A DNA stretch of 64,000 nt. Origin: Azolla caroliniana (taxonomy: Eukaryota > Plantae > Polypodiophyta). Under the pieces are notes generated by a model that was given only the letters and a program-made list of their open reading frames with translations, ran no database searches and was not told the DNA's origin. Both the position numbers and the translations under genes were made by a program. This document shows positions 9,854 to 23,200 of the stretch, in pieces (positions within the stretch are counted from its first letter, which is position 1; every line of letters begins with the position of its first letter). The stretch is taken from the NCBI GenBank assembly GCA_043228905.1, contig JBHGNT010000049.1, forward strand, positions 1-64,000. Reading direction: 5' to 3'.

Positions 9854-10267
9854 TGTGTTACCAGCCGGCAAGGAGTCCAAAATACGGAATTAATTAGATG
9901 GTTGTAAATGAGCATAGTGTGGACGGACGGACTGGAAACGGTATGCCGTTCCAGATCCGGACGGATCCCGAATAGGTGCGAGAGACACCGTTTTGTAATA
10001 CGGGCCGGAAACCTATTTAAAGGCCCGGACCCCATTGTAATGACAGCGGATAATTAATAGAGCTTATGATGTTTGTATTTCTGTCTTGATTTCCGTTCTG
10101 TAATTACTGTTATATCTTACGCGTGTAATTAACCAAAGCAATCTAATCGTGTAACCTACGTAAGTCGGTGTAATCGTTGAATCTTAATCCTATGCCGTAA
10201 TCACCCTTTGGTGAAGTGTCTCCGTGACACCTTGTGTTAGGCCTTGTCCGGCTAAGAGAATAACACA
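9854..10267 (+). repeat. 3' LTR of the gypsy (414 bp)
   Basis: TGTGTTA...TAACACA terminal inverted repeat; matches the 5' LTR from 9890 onward. Confidence 0.88.
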
Positions 10268-10934
10268 TTGCGTATATGATACTTCCTACAGGCGATGAGT
10301 AGGGTATCTTTCCATTGAGCTCTTTCTCCTTGTCGATCGAAGGAGAGTCCCTGCTTGTCAATCGTGTCGACGTAGGAAGCGGAGTTAGTGCTGACTTTGC
10401 GTTCTGCATGTTAAACCGTTTTAGCACCTTCCGGATATAATCAGACTAGGAAAGCCGGAGAGGAGAGTCTTCTTCATCCGATGTCGCTCGAACCTCATGC
10501 CCAAGATGTGCCGGGTTTGTCTGGGTTCCTTCATCGCGAATTTTTCATGAAGGCTCCGCTTTAGTCTTCGCTGCAATCATCATATCGTCGACATACAGGA
10601 TCAAGTAGATTCGGGACTCATCGGCCATTTGTAGAATGTACATACATGGGTCGGAGTTGAATCGGTTGTAGTCGAGCTGCTAGATGTAGGTGTCAAACTT
10701 TTGATACCACATTCTCGGCGCTTGCTTGAGGATGTATAGGCTCTTCTTCAGTTTGGAGACGAGGTGACCTTGCTAGTTGAGACATGTAAATGTCTTCGTC
10801 AATATCTCCATGTAGGAATGTCATCTTTATGTCCAGTTGCTCGAGCTTGAGGTCCTCAATCGCCACAATCCCGAGTAAGAGTCAAAGAGTGGTCATCTTG
10901 ACTACCGGTGAGAAGATCTCATCGTAGTCGACCA

Positions 10935-11302
10935 TAACAATCGGCAATGGTTCGGTTCGGTTTGAGAGGGTAAAAAACGAACCGGTTTGGAACCAAACTG
11001 TTTAAATTTTAAAAAACCTGAACCGAACCATTAAAACCGCGGTTTCATGGTTCGGTTTTTAAAATTTTAAAGATGTTCCTAAAATGTGAGAATATGGTCC
11101 AAAAAAAAGATTGTTTAAAATTTTTTTTATTATTTTATTTTATTTTTTAATTTAAAAAATAAAATAAAAAACCGTTTAACCGTTTAAACCAAGGTTTCTG
11201 ACTGTTGAAACCAAACTAAAACCAAACCGTTTAAACCGTTAAGTCGTTAAGTTGCAGTTTCGTGGTTAAGTTCCATTCAAACCGAACCGTTGTCGATTGT
11301 TA
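10935..11302. mobile_element. hAT-type MITE (368 bp) inserted in the copia RT
   Basis: TIRs TAACAATCGGCAATGGTTCGGTT / AACCGAACCGTTGTCGATTGTTA. 8-bp TSD GTCGACCA (10927-10934) / GTCGACCC (11303-11310). Many AACCG/CGGTT subterminal repeats around an AT-rich core. Confidence 0.85.
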
Positions 11303-12803
11303 GTCGACCCCATACTCTTGTTTGAATCCCTTGGCAATGAGCCAAGATTTATATTTGGTCTTCTTCGAATCAGATACATATTTGTATCTGAAGACCCATT
11401 TGCAGGGCAACGGGTTCCTTCTAGCTGGTAGTTCAACCAGCTCCCGTCTCTTGTTCGTATGTATTGAGTCCATCTTGGATCTCATGGCTTGTAGCCATGT
11501 GTTGACATCCGACGCACCTATCGCTTCTTCCTAGGAGCTTGGTTTGTCTGCGTCCGTGTAGTTGACGTAGTCGAGGCCTGGTTGATAAAACTCTATTGGC
11601 CTTTTGACTCGTCTGGATCTTCTAGTTGCTGACTTGATTGGTTCAAATCCTTCAATCAACATTGTTGTCTGATCGGCATTACCTGAACCATCTTCAGGAG
11701 TCCTTTTGGATGACTCGCCCCTGCAATGGGATTTGGCGTTTTTGAATCATCCTCCCCTTCTTCGGGATTGATTGATAGAGAGATAGGTGCCTTGACTGGT
11801 TCGGCTCGGCCTTTTGGCACCTTAGTCTGTTTTGGCGAGTCGATCGATTGAACTCTATCCTTTTCGGCTCTTGTCAATCTTCTAGTCGAATCGATTTCGA
11901 CTAGTGGACTTCTTACCAATTCGAGTTCGGTAGGGGGGGTTGTTAGCTCAGTCGATTTCAGTTGTATGTTGAATCTCCGATTCGGCCTGATGGGTCAGTC
12001 CTTCTACGATATCTCTATTGATGTCGAAGGAGACCTTTTTGCCAACCCTTTTCGGTTGGTTCCGTTCACAGAGAATCGAGTCTTCATAGAAGACTACGTC
12101 ACTACTCCGGATCAATTTCCCGTTCTCTAGATTCCATAGCCGATAGCCGAAATCCTCGTTGGTTCCATAACCAAGAAATATACACTTAAGTGCATGGGGT
12201 GCCAGCTTGGTCCTTTAATCCCTGGGTATGAAGGTGTAGGCTTCGCATCCGAATATACATAGTCTATCCTAGGTCTGTTGTTTGCCTAGCCATATTGCAT
12301 CTGGCACTATGAGCCGGATTGCTCTCAATGGTGAAAGATTTATCAGGTATACTGCCGTCTGCAATGCTTCGGCCCAAAATTCCAACTTCAATCTGGATTG
12401 TTAGAGCATTGTTGTCACCCTCTCTTGGATCGTTCAGTTGACCCGTTCCACCACACCATTTTTGCATGGGGGTATAGGGAACGATTTTCTGATGTCGGAT
12501 CCCATTTTTGGACAAGTACTGCGTGAAGGCTCGGAAGGTGTATTCCCCTCCGTTGTCGGACCGGAGTTTCTTCACTCAGTGTCCTAATCGGTTTTTAACT
12601 TCGGCTAACCACCAACATGAGAAGACCTCGAATGCTTCGTCTTTCGACCTAATCGAGTAGTCCCAGACCTTCCATGTACAATCATTGACGAAGGCGATGA
12701 AGTATCGTGAGCATCGTCCCACAAATGTCGGTGTGCATGAGCTTTAGGGGTTGTCATACCGTCCCGTAGTGGAGAGAGTGTCAACTTCGGGTACGTGTAG
12801 AGT

Positions 12804-15421
12804 TGTCGTGAAGATTTCCGGCTACGATGAGAAAACCATTTGGAATGGGCAAAGTCGTCGATGTGCAACATGTGCACATCTACATTAGGAAATCTATATA
12901 AAATAAAATAATAGGTGGTGAGAGGACATGGCCCGAGGCCAATGTGCGTGAAAGGGAGGATGAGGCCGGCGAGGCGGCCAAAGACGAAACCACATTCAGT
13001 AGTTCAGCCGACATGGCAACGTAAGACCAAAGAGATGGAAGAAAACAGTGAAGAGTCCTAGTACGTTGCCAACAAAGATGGATGGAAGATGGCCTGCGAG
13101 GAGGCCAAGGAGGAAGTTGCAGTAGAGCGAAGTATAGAGGCGAGAGGCGGAGCCGAAAGAAGTGGAGTCAAAAATCGACCCGACCGGGAGCTGATCCGGT
13201 TGACATTCAGATTCGGGTGGAGCACGATCCAGACATGGATCGTTCGACCGAAACTGGCCCGAGACAAGAACTGAGGCGAACAGGAAGTACGAGCCGATCG
13301 GTAGAGGAGCTAGGAATGCCGAGTTTCAGATAACCGAGCCGGACATGAGTCGAACCGGTCGGATTGGGGGTCGTAGAAGCGAAGACTGGTGAGCGCGGAG
13401 AAGGGATTGAGCGAGGTCAATGGCCACGAAAAGAACACCCAAGAGGGATCCTCCACACCTAACCTAGAGACTTCGGCAGTTGCAGATCAACGTAAGACCG
13501 AGGATACGGAAGGTGGTGGCGAGGGGACGAAGATCGTAGCAAACGAAGGAACCGAAGAAGTTAGGCAGAGTGTCACAAAGGCCATGCGGGCCGATCGGAC
13601 AACAAAGGTGTTCCTCGGATCGGAGCGACGATATCAGACACTACAAAGGACACCGAAACGGAGTGCGTTGACACGGATGTCGAGGTAGTAGTGTACCCTA
13701 CCGAAAGGGTACACACAGAAGAAGTGCAAAGCGAGGGATGTGCATTGTGGCCGCGTAGGGGCTGAGTGACGAGCACGAAGGAGAACAATGATGAGGAGCT
13801 GGAAGGATTTCGGCGTGCGACGATGACGGATCAAGGAAGCAGTCGAATCGAAACAGGCACAGAGAAGGTGCGATATCCGACATGTGGTCGGGAAGAACGA
13901 GGACCCATGCTGCACACAGAGAACGAAGGAAGTTGGGTCGGGTCGAGACAAGCGTTCGGGATATCTGCTCCGACCGAAGGAAGGGACAAATCCGGAAACT
14001 GGATGTGGCGGTTCAGATGGTGTCAGAGGTTCGATGAGCACCGATGAGCATGGTGGATCAGATGGGACCGGTGGTTAGGGTGGAGAGGCCGGACGAGCTT
14101 GAAGTGGAGAGTCGAGGACAACAATGAAGGTGAGCTCTTGGACGGGGATTAGGTCGGTCCAAAAATTGACAGTTCGGGACCGGTAGAGGCCGGCACAGTA
14201 GTCGGGTGCCGGAATGGCTGAGAACCCGATTGATCACCGTTGCCAAAATTCTCTCACCTTCTTTCCCTTTCTAGGCACATTCCGGTGGATGTGTGGTTTG
14301 GTGGGGGTGGATGTCGTGATGATTTCCGGCTACGGTGAGAAAACCGAACGGAATGGGCAAAGTCGTCCATGTGCAACTTGTGCGCATGTACATTAGGAAA
14401 TGTATATAAAATAATAGGGAATATTTATCCCACATTGTAATGTCCTTCCCTCCTTGGACTATAAAAGGAGGGAGGGGTCTCTTATGAAGGGGTTGCCCAT
14501 TTTGAGTTAGGAGGGTATACCGCTACATTTGAGGTATGGTAGTTTCTCTTCTTCTTACTTTCTTTTAGGATTTCATTTAGGTCTTCTTCTTTGTCATTAT
14601 GTGGGTTGGGTTTCCCTTTTTGAGTGGAGCCTTGTTAGCTTTGTATACTAGGGTTCGGTGTTTCCTTTCTGTTAGGGTTGCGTGGTTCAGAGTTCCTGTA
14701 TTCTGAGGGTTCTGTTTCGCAATTTTGTCTCCTATGCAAGACCCCACTCAGCACGGCGAGCAGCGTGCTCCCTGACTAGTACCTTGGCAGGTAGTTGTGG
14801 TGTTCTAGTATGAGGACTGTCTCCAGTGCAAGGCGTCCACTCGTGTAGGCGAACCCTGGAGTGGTCCCCGACTGGAGCTTGCCTATAGACAACCCTTGTG
14901 CCCCTTTAGAATCGGACCGGCTTGAGGCCGACATTGTAACTTGTGTCCCTTGTAAATATATATGAGAAAACTTTGGTGTGCATATGTCAGTGTCAGTGTC
15001 TTTGGGTTTTCGTCATGTCCGGATGCGCTTGTGATGTGTGTATGATGAGTTGTTCCATGTCGCGGCGTGTCTCCTCTTTTCAGTCTGGAGACTCGTCGTC
15101 TTGTATATATCGGGTCCCGTTCGGGCCGCGTGATTTCTGCTCTTCCATTTCTGTACATAAGAGGGTGCATGAGCCGGTGTGTGTGCATGTGCTCTCCCTA
15201 TCTTCATTCTGGTTGCTTCCGGAACACATCCGGACCCATCCGGTCGCATCCGGATCTGTTTGAACAGGTTCCTTCCGGCAGACTTCCGGAATCGTCCTGG
15301 TTGGTGCCACAATTGGTGTAATCGACCCCAGAGAAAACAGTCTTCCAATATCCATCTCTCCCCAATCTGTGACCCTGGTGGTCCCGCTTGATCCAACTCA
15401 TGCGAGCAGATTTCCACAACA
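12804..15421 (+). mobile_element. Internally deleted LTR retroelement inserted in the copia integrase: truncated 5' LTR (12804-12915), internal remnant, PPT and full 3' LTR (14312-15421)
   Basis: ~110-bp diverged direct repeat TGTCGTGA.GATTTCCGGCTACG...AATAGG at 12804 and 14312. GGTGGGGGTGGA PPT precedes 14312. The LTR ends CCACAACA at 15421. TATA CTATAAAAGG at ~14459. The copia frame resumes on both sides. No matching TSD. Confidence 0.75.
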
Positions 15422-16952
15422 CCGTAACAACAATGCTCGCGAAAGTCCGTTTTTGTTTGGAGTTTCAGGATGTAGTTGATCGCCATTAGGCGGTCTAGTC
15501 CGCCTTGGAGTCGGCCATGCCATAAGTTCGAATCTGACGATTCAGCTACATTCACGATCTCTTCTGAACTGATCGCCATTAGTGGGTACAAGTTATTGTG
15601 CTTGTATCCGCATCCAATTTTCCCGTTCCCCCGGTTGATCATCCATGTCAATTCATTTAGAGTCATTTGGTACTCGTCTTCGCCTAGCATGCCGATGGAG
15701 ACCAAATTCCTTTTTAGCATGGGTACATGCCAGACATGGTGTAGGACGATCATATTGCCGTTTGGTAATCGAATTGGTACTTCGCCGATTCCAGCGATTT
15801 TGCATTCCTGCCCATTGTCGAGTCAGCCAGTGCCATCGGCTCCGATTGAATAGTCCGAAAACCTTTCGATATTTGGGGTCACGTGAACTGTGACACCGGA
15901 ATCCAACAACCACGTTCGTGTGTCCTGCACATTGTAAAGGACTTCATTGATCATCAAGTCTTCCAAGGAGAGGATTTCTCCTGATCAAAAGTCAACAACA
16001 TTGATTTGGTTGCCGACTAGAGAATGGTTCGAGTTGGATTCTCCTTCTGTTTGATCAAATCGCCAACCTTTCTCCTTTCTCTTTATCTACTAACAGTCGA
16101 AAACTTTGTGACCAATCTTCCTGCAATGAGTGCAAAAATCACTTGATCGACTATTCCTCAACTTTGATCATTGTCGATCTTCCCTCCTTCTCGGTCGACT
16201 AGTGTTTCGACCGGTTCTTTTGGCTTGTTCTCTCGATCGGTTGGTTCGTCCAATCGACTTAATCGAGTAGTGGGCTTTTTTCTATTCATCAATTTTCGTT
16301 GAATTTCCTCAGTGAGGACTTGTCTGATTGTCTCGTCCAAATTGAGATTTGGACAACTATTGGCAAATGTCATGCAAAATACCTCCCAACTCATTGGCAA
16401 GCTCGAAAGGAGGGCAAGGGCTTTAACTTCTTCGTTGAAGTTAATCCCTTGAGAGGAGAGTTCAGACAACACCCGGTTGAAGGTGTTCATATGGGAGGTC
16501 GTTGGATCCATCTCTCTCATCTTCATGTTGAATAACTGTCGAATCAATATTAGCTTCAATGAGGAGAACTTTTTCTCATACATAGCCTAGAGTTTGTCCC
16601 ACAAAGAGAATGGTGTCGTCTCCTTTTCCATGCTGAAATAGACATTCTCGACCAGATGCATCTAAATGGTCGATCTGGCTATCTCATCCATAGATCACCA
16701 TTCTTCAGCATATATTGAAGTTGGTTTGGTATTGTGCCGTATGGCTTCAACTTGTCGACGGATGATAAGAACATCCGGTATCATCTCGTTCCAAAGGGCA
16801 AAGTTCTTTCGGTTGAACTTTTGGATTTCCACATTCATGTTGGATTGTGTCGCCATTTTCTGAAAGTAGATGTTGTTGACCTAATCCTTTCTCTCAGCCG
16901 GATAGCTTCTTTTTCAGCTTTCTACTATTCATTACTGCCAAACAGCAAGGTC

Positions 16953-16964
16953 GCTCTGATACCA
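16953..16964 (-). promoter_or_regulatory. Copia primer-binding site (tRNA-iMet)
   Basis: Reverse complement TGGTATCAGAGC, 2 nt from the LTR end. Confidence 0.92.
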
Positions 16965-16966
16965 CT

Positions 16967-17239
16967 TGTATATAATATATAGAACAAGATGTGAGGACCT
17001 ACAAGTTAATGTGTCAAGCAAACAACATGTACACGACAAAAAGACAGAGTATGCATAGTAGACAAGAACTAAGAAGCAAGATAGACGATGTAAGCTCTAA
17101 TGGAAGCTCTGTTATTCTCTTCTATAAAACTCTCTCTGTTTTACAATGTTACAGTTAGGTTTATATACTCAAGCCCTAACTTGAGAATGTGTTCACACTA
17201 AGGATACAAAGTGGAAGGAGTCCGCCTTTTATGCCAACA
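16967..17239 (-). repeat. 5' LTR of the copia (~273 bp)
   Basis: On the minus strand TGTTGG...TATACA, adjacent to the PBS. The outer boundary is inferred from the TG/CA termini only; the partner LTR is not in the window. Confidence 0.6.
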
Positions 17240-20200
17240 ATTCTACCAAACACCTTCAGTCAACCCTAGAAAGAGTAATTACTTGTGTTATTTGAGCAAT
17301 ATGTGCTTAATGCATCCCCTTCTTCTCAAGTATATGTGTTATTGGATAGCTATATACTCAACTCATCCACTTCTGCTTTTACCAAGGGCATATGAGGAAG
17401 TATGAAATTTCAAAGGCATTTGGGAAGATAAAGCAAAACCCAGGAGATATTTTGGAATTTTTTCATAACATTAGTAATGTAGTAAAACATGTAGACTTTC
17501 TCATTATAAGTTGAACCATTTCTCATCATTTAGCTTGTAAGTGACAAATCGTTGTGGTTAGCTTATAATCGACTCTTCTTAATGTTAGAAGTGTGTAGAA
17601 AACATGCCACACATTTGGTTTTAAAGAAAGTCTTGTAATTAAAATGTAGGGTAGAGGATTGGGACACACATTTAGTGGATATGTGGACATGGGGATCTTT
17701 GTATTTTCTATATGAATTTGGTTTTTGAGCAAAAAGCAAGGGTTATTATAAAACAAAGTGTGTTGTCCAAGTTTGTTCATACAAACACTTGACACCATAA
17801 TTTGACAACCCCCCATCCACATTGTCATGAAGTTGCCATTATTGTGAATAAGATATGCATGTTCATTTGTTTTGGATCTTAATCACCATTAGAAGCTTTA
17901 CTCGATTTTCCTTTCTTGGCTAGGTAACAATGATGAGATCATTTGAACCTCAAACAAGCTTTGAGGTGGTACAATTATTTGGAAGGTGTGGGAAAGTGCA
18001 CTAATTTAAAGCTAATATTTGAATCATCTAGCTCGTCTTCATTAACTACCGCCAATAGCACAACAATTTCATCAAATTTTTTTCCAAAACTTAGCGCTGA
18101 AATTTGTCTCCATTAACCCATAATTTGCTTTTTGAGCTCCACATAAAAAATGTTTGCTTGAATAAAGCAAGTCTCAATCATATGGCGTAACAAAGTCGGA
18201 AGATGTATAACTATTTGGATGGTATGGGCATGTGGAGCTTTGAGAGCACTCTCTAGTGACCATGGTAGATAATATAGCAATTTCATCATACTTTTCTATT
18301 AAAAAAATCCAAACTTATGATTATCTCTCCATCAACCCCCAATTTGATCTTTTTAATTCTATAGCAAAAGAGGTTCAATTGGATAAGGCAAGTCTCATTA
18401 CATGTTGCCATGTGTTCAACTCTTCAAAAATATCTAGGCCCACTAATCCTGATCACACATATAAATGTTCATGTCTTCATAATATCTATATCTACTCACC
18501 TATCCAATCCCTATAACTGATCATGCTCTTGTACTTTATTAAGTGACTTTATGGAGGGACTAACCCCTGACTTTAAAGCGAGTTTATAAGGTGGCACAAC
18601 TTTACAATCGGATGTGGGGCCTATGAGGTTGCTCTTGTTTAGGGGCCATTTGGCCATAAGCCATTTCACTCTAGCCATGCAATTTCTTCACTACCCGATT
18701 TCAAGTGTTCTTTGGCCCGATGAGTCTTTATTAATAATTTCTTGAACTGGAAACAAAAGTAATTAATATATTCATGTGACATACCCAACCTCAATGACAT
18801 GCCTATAATATATGTTACCTAATGACATCAGATGATAGTGTGTAGCTAGTGGATCATAACTTGGACAAATCAACATATTTGTGATACATCTTGCATTTAC
18901 ATGGACAATGTTTATGAAATATGCTTGAACAAAGTTAAGTGGTGCCAACCCTATTGCTTTATTTCTCTTGGAAAACAAATGGATGCCTCTTGTTGAGCAT
19001 CAAATAATCCCATCACGCCTTCCATCCATTTGTAAATAGCTCTAGAAGGTGGTTTTATTGAGCTTAGTTAAGTCGAGGTGGGTTCTAATAAAGGTCTCTG
19101 AGTAAAGTTTTAAATGCTTTCCCTCCCATCGCACCTTGCATCCATTTGTAAATAATTCTTAAACAAGTTTCACCAACCATCATCTAGTAATATATGTCTC
19201 TTTTTGTCTACTAGTTTGTTCACCTAAATTTATTTAGGAACATGAATTCCATACATTTCTTCGTTTTAGGTTTATATTAAAGTAGTGTATCCTATAGTTT
19301 ATCTCCACAAATGTTTAAAGAAGGTTCAGTCACATGGAATGCATTATGTATCCACCAACTTTTAGGTAGCCTTATTTAGATTCCTTTAACTAGTGGGCAA
19401 GTTTTAAAAATAATATGGCGAGACTACAAAGTTCATGCCAACTTAGTGTAATATGCAATGTCTACTTTAAACAAGGCCATGCATTAAAGGTACAATTTTC
19501 ATCTACATTGAAGTAACACCGAGAATGGCAGAAAATTTATCATAATACACTAACTATATACTTCTCATCTCATATATATTGAATGGTTGGTGTTTCCTAT
19601 TTTTAGAATTCCCAAATATTCTGCCATTTTTGCATAATGCAAGTAAAAATATGGAAAAAAAAAACGGCAATCTAATGAGTTCCTCACTTTCCGGCAATTA
19701 TTCAAATATCCATAGTTTCCACCAATTGCAAGAAGTAACCATTGATGAAGAAGAATATCTACAATTGTTTGTGATGTCATCCATAGTTTGGAGGATGGAG
19801 GGGGGCATTATTATTTGTCCATTCTATTTATACTTCCATTTGACATATTTCGTATAGAACGTTGTTTGTCACTTTCTAGTAATGTGTGTGTGAGTTCTAT
19901 GTACATTTCTATCAATTTTAACGGTCTATTAAAATCTAAAATTCACCAATCTTGAATGTCTTATCAATACTTTGCATAATTCACTATTCCAGTTCATTTG
20001 TTTTCGTCACCTATTTACAAGACAGAAACCTAAGGCACAGACAAAGAGCAACATACCTATGGCAAGGCATCAGCTAAGTATAGCACAAACAACTCAAACG
20101 TGCTCCTCCACATCAGAATTATTATATGGTGTCTATTGGGCGCGTTAAAAGCCTTAAACACCCATCAACCAACGTCATTCAAGCTACATTAACATTCAAT

Positions 20201-23200
20201 TGTGTAGAAACAATACAAATAAAATATAAGTGATTTATGTTTGTATATATTGATCCACAATGTGGCAGAACAATATACCTCTAATTCATTATGGCTGATT
20301 AGAGCTTTAAAGGTTGTATGCAAATGTCACTTATTGCCATAAGGAGTGCACAAAGTGTATGTACACACACACACACATCTAGAGAGAAAGAGAGTGTGTG
20401 TGTGTGTAAACAAAGGTTTTTGAGTGGGCGACTCCTTGTCTACACATCTTATTTCATCAACATGTGAAGGTCAGGAGTGTCCACCTTTGGTTCCTTGTGT
20501 TTGGCTTTTTAAATAAAATCGACATTTCTGCATTCAAACACGCCCACTTTTTTCAAAAGAGCCATTTTCACTATGAAGTGGTAACCTTTTGAAGTCCCAA
20601 TCTCTCAAAAGCTCTCTCTTGTCGTGATCTCTCCCATTTATTTTTATCCTTCGCTTTCCCTTTCTATGAAAAATATTAAAGTCTTGAAAACACCTTTTCA
20701 TTTACTCCCAATCTCACCCTTTGACCTCTATGTTCCCTTCCATTATCCATTGTGCCGATTTTCTATGAATTGACCTTGATGTGTGTCTTCCTTCTACCAT
20801 GCATTCCTCAAAGTGTATGTGCTCAATGCTCTTTGCTCACTTGTTTACCAATCAAATTTACCTTCAATCATTTGTTATTCTCATTTGATCCCTTCATATG
20901 TTGCCATCATCACTATTTACTTTTTTTATCCCTTCTATCGTCATCTTAGAAAGCTTGATTTTGATGAGAAAGATTTTGCTTCTTTGATTGTGATTTTGTA
21001 GAGTATGCACAACTCTCCATTGCATTCCCAATCCTACGTGAATTTCTATCACAATCACAATGTGCACTCTCGATTGTAACATTCATTGGTAAAGTTCTTG
21101 AACATTGAGAGTCATAACTCACTTGCACGTGGGTTACGTGAAATGTCATAATAAGTCTCATAGGTCATATTGTTTATCTCTGATGACGATAAACTAATAA
21201 CATCAACAATAATATTGAATTCATGGAGAGTGTGTATAAAAAATATAATGTTACAAGGAAATGCTAATAATGTACTAAAAAGACACCCAATGTTATTTCT
21301 TACACATTTAATGCCAAATGAGTTCTCCTAAATTGAACGCATAGCAAGCAAGAGATGCATGCCAAAGCATAAGGTGAGAGCATTGCTTTTTTGCTAAATT
21401 AATAACACTCACACATATCTATATCTATCTAATCTACATCGTCTCTCACACACACAAATATACATGCATACAAAATATCTAATCAAGAATAACTGAACAA
21501 CTATGAACAAGTAGAACCATTTATATCATTGTGCCATCGCTAGGGGCATTGAATAGGTTTTGTGATTGGCAAATAAGGAGAGGTATTGGATCATCATATC
21601 TAAACGTTACTTCCTAATATGTTGCAAGATGAGGCCCTTTTTTCCATTGGCTTAGATTTTGGGCATTTTGGACCAGTTTAGTAGGCCGAAACCCAAATCA
21701 TATAATATTTGGGCAATTGTCTATTGTTGGCTCTTGCTTCTTTTAAGTTCTCTTTGAGACAATAGCTTTATGATTGTCTTCAATTTGCAAGATTCTCTTC
21801 TACAAACATTTCACCATTATTTCGAGTTCCTTTGTGCATTGAAAGTTTGTACATTTTTTGTGGGTTTTTACTTCACATTGAGGTTTCCCGCTAATAATAT
21901 ATGTATTGCTACAAGAAAGTATGCATTCCTATATTGGATGTATTAATGCAAAGGATTATTTCTAGATGCATAGACACAATGTCGCACATTTTACCAAAAA
22001 CAAATCACTAGGTGGTGGTGGAATATAGTATTTATCGTTTCTAAATAATGGTTTGAAGAGGTAATCCAAGAGGTTGTAGCCTTGCACTCATGACTCATGG
22101 ATTCCGACCAAATAAGTTCATTATTGTTTCAAATACACTTCACGTGTTTGCATAAGTCCTTGGAGCATTGCAAACATATAGTTTCTTTTTAGAGCATGGC
22201 ATTATAATTTGATAATTTTCATAGTCGAAATGGTCGAAAACAATCCAATTGCGCAAGGGACACCTAATGAAGAAGTAACAAACATATGGTAATAAAATAA
22301 AGGCATAAATATTAAGCAATGGAATCCAATAGTCGGTATGCAAATAATAAATAAAGATGCATGTTTAATCCCCAAGTTTATGTATTGACCGGATGTCGTT
22401 ACTTTACATCAAGCTTTAAATCTCATATCGTTTACAAATAATCAATGAATATGAATGTCAATCATTTAGTTTATGTGTTGTCACATGCTGTTATTTTACT
22501 TCAAGCAACTTAAATTTCGCCTATCAAATTGTCATAAACCAAAAAGAACATTAGTTCCACATATAAATGCTTCTTTTTCATAGCTCACATAATATAATTT
22601 TATTACAATAAAAGAACACATTAAAATGAAACAATACCATCATTATATTGTTAACATGCATTTAAAACCTCTTGTCAATGTGTATTCATTTCACATCATT
22701 ACTTCACACTAGTGCAGAAATTATCATTGTAATTGTTCACTTCTTCATATAATAATATTTGCATATGGGATCGATGTTGTCCACACAAATTACAATGCTA
22801 CCATCCACATCATTTGATGAACATATGTGTTAAAGGTAGTGTTCGTGTGTTAGTTTCAAAGCATGGCTTTACAATGTACATTGAGCTACTTTAGGCTTGA
22901 CTTCGGGACTATTGTTTGAGGAGACATTATTTCCAAGAAAGTTATTATAAATGGAAAATATAAGACTAGTTAACATACACATGAACAAATGACGCAAAAC
23001 TTGTGTCCATAGATACATTGAAGGTACAATAGGTAAACCTTGTCTTGTGAGTCATTCCACATGGCTCTTATGATGGTTGGCGCAGTCAAGGGCTATGTAA
23101 GGCTTTATAACAGTTGTCACTACATTCAAAATGTACTTGTAGAGAAAATATGCCAAGAGATAGAAAGAGGGGACTACTCTATGTTTCCTTGTACATTGTT

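Larger units (their letters stand above)
491..10267 (+). mobile_element. Young Ty3/gypsy LTR retrotransposon (non-chromovirus) with gag-pol and an additional 3' ORF
   Basis: LTR copies at 491-868 and 9854-10267, PBS at 873-882, uninterrupted gag-pol in PR-RT-RH-INT order, and a second long sense ORF. The right end abuts the RT of an older copia. Confidence 0.95.
10268..17239 (-). mobile_element. Degenerate Ty1/copia LTR retrotransposon, host of several nested insertions
   Basis: Minus-strand fragments in copia order: gag MATQSNMNVEIQKFNRKNFALW (ATG 16856), protease WLLDSG, LWHGRL pre-integrase, EHCCYG, HTDICG, KLRSDNGGEY, RT KWVFRYK...AKGFKQEYGVDYDEIFSP and PYSSPVGSIIYAM. Many stops and frameshifts. 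Confidence 0.93.

Noticed and set aside
943-10035. Many antisense and alternate-frame ORFs within the gypsy
   Set aside because: Shadow ORFs of GC-rich gag-pol and ORF2; no independent motifs.
17500-19900. Possible Harbinger or other DNA-transposon relic
   Set aside because: Only short, stop-riddled frames; no convincing motif, TIR or TSD.
20363-20406. (CA)n...(TG)n inverted microsatellite hairpin
   Set aside because: Simple-repeat coincidence; no miRNA-like or TE structure.
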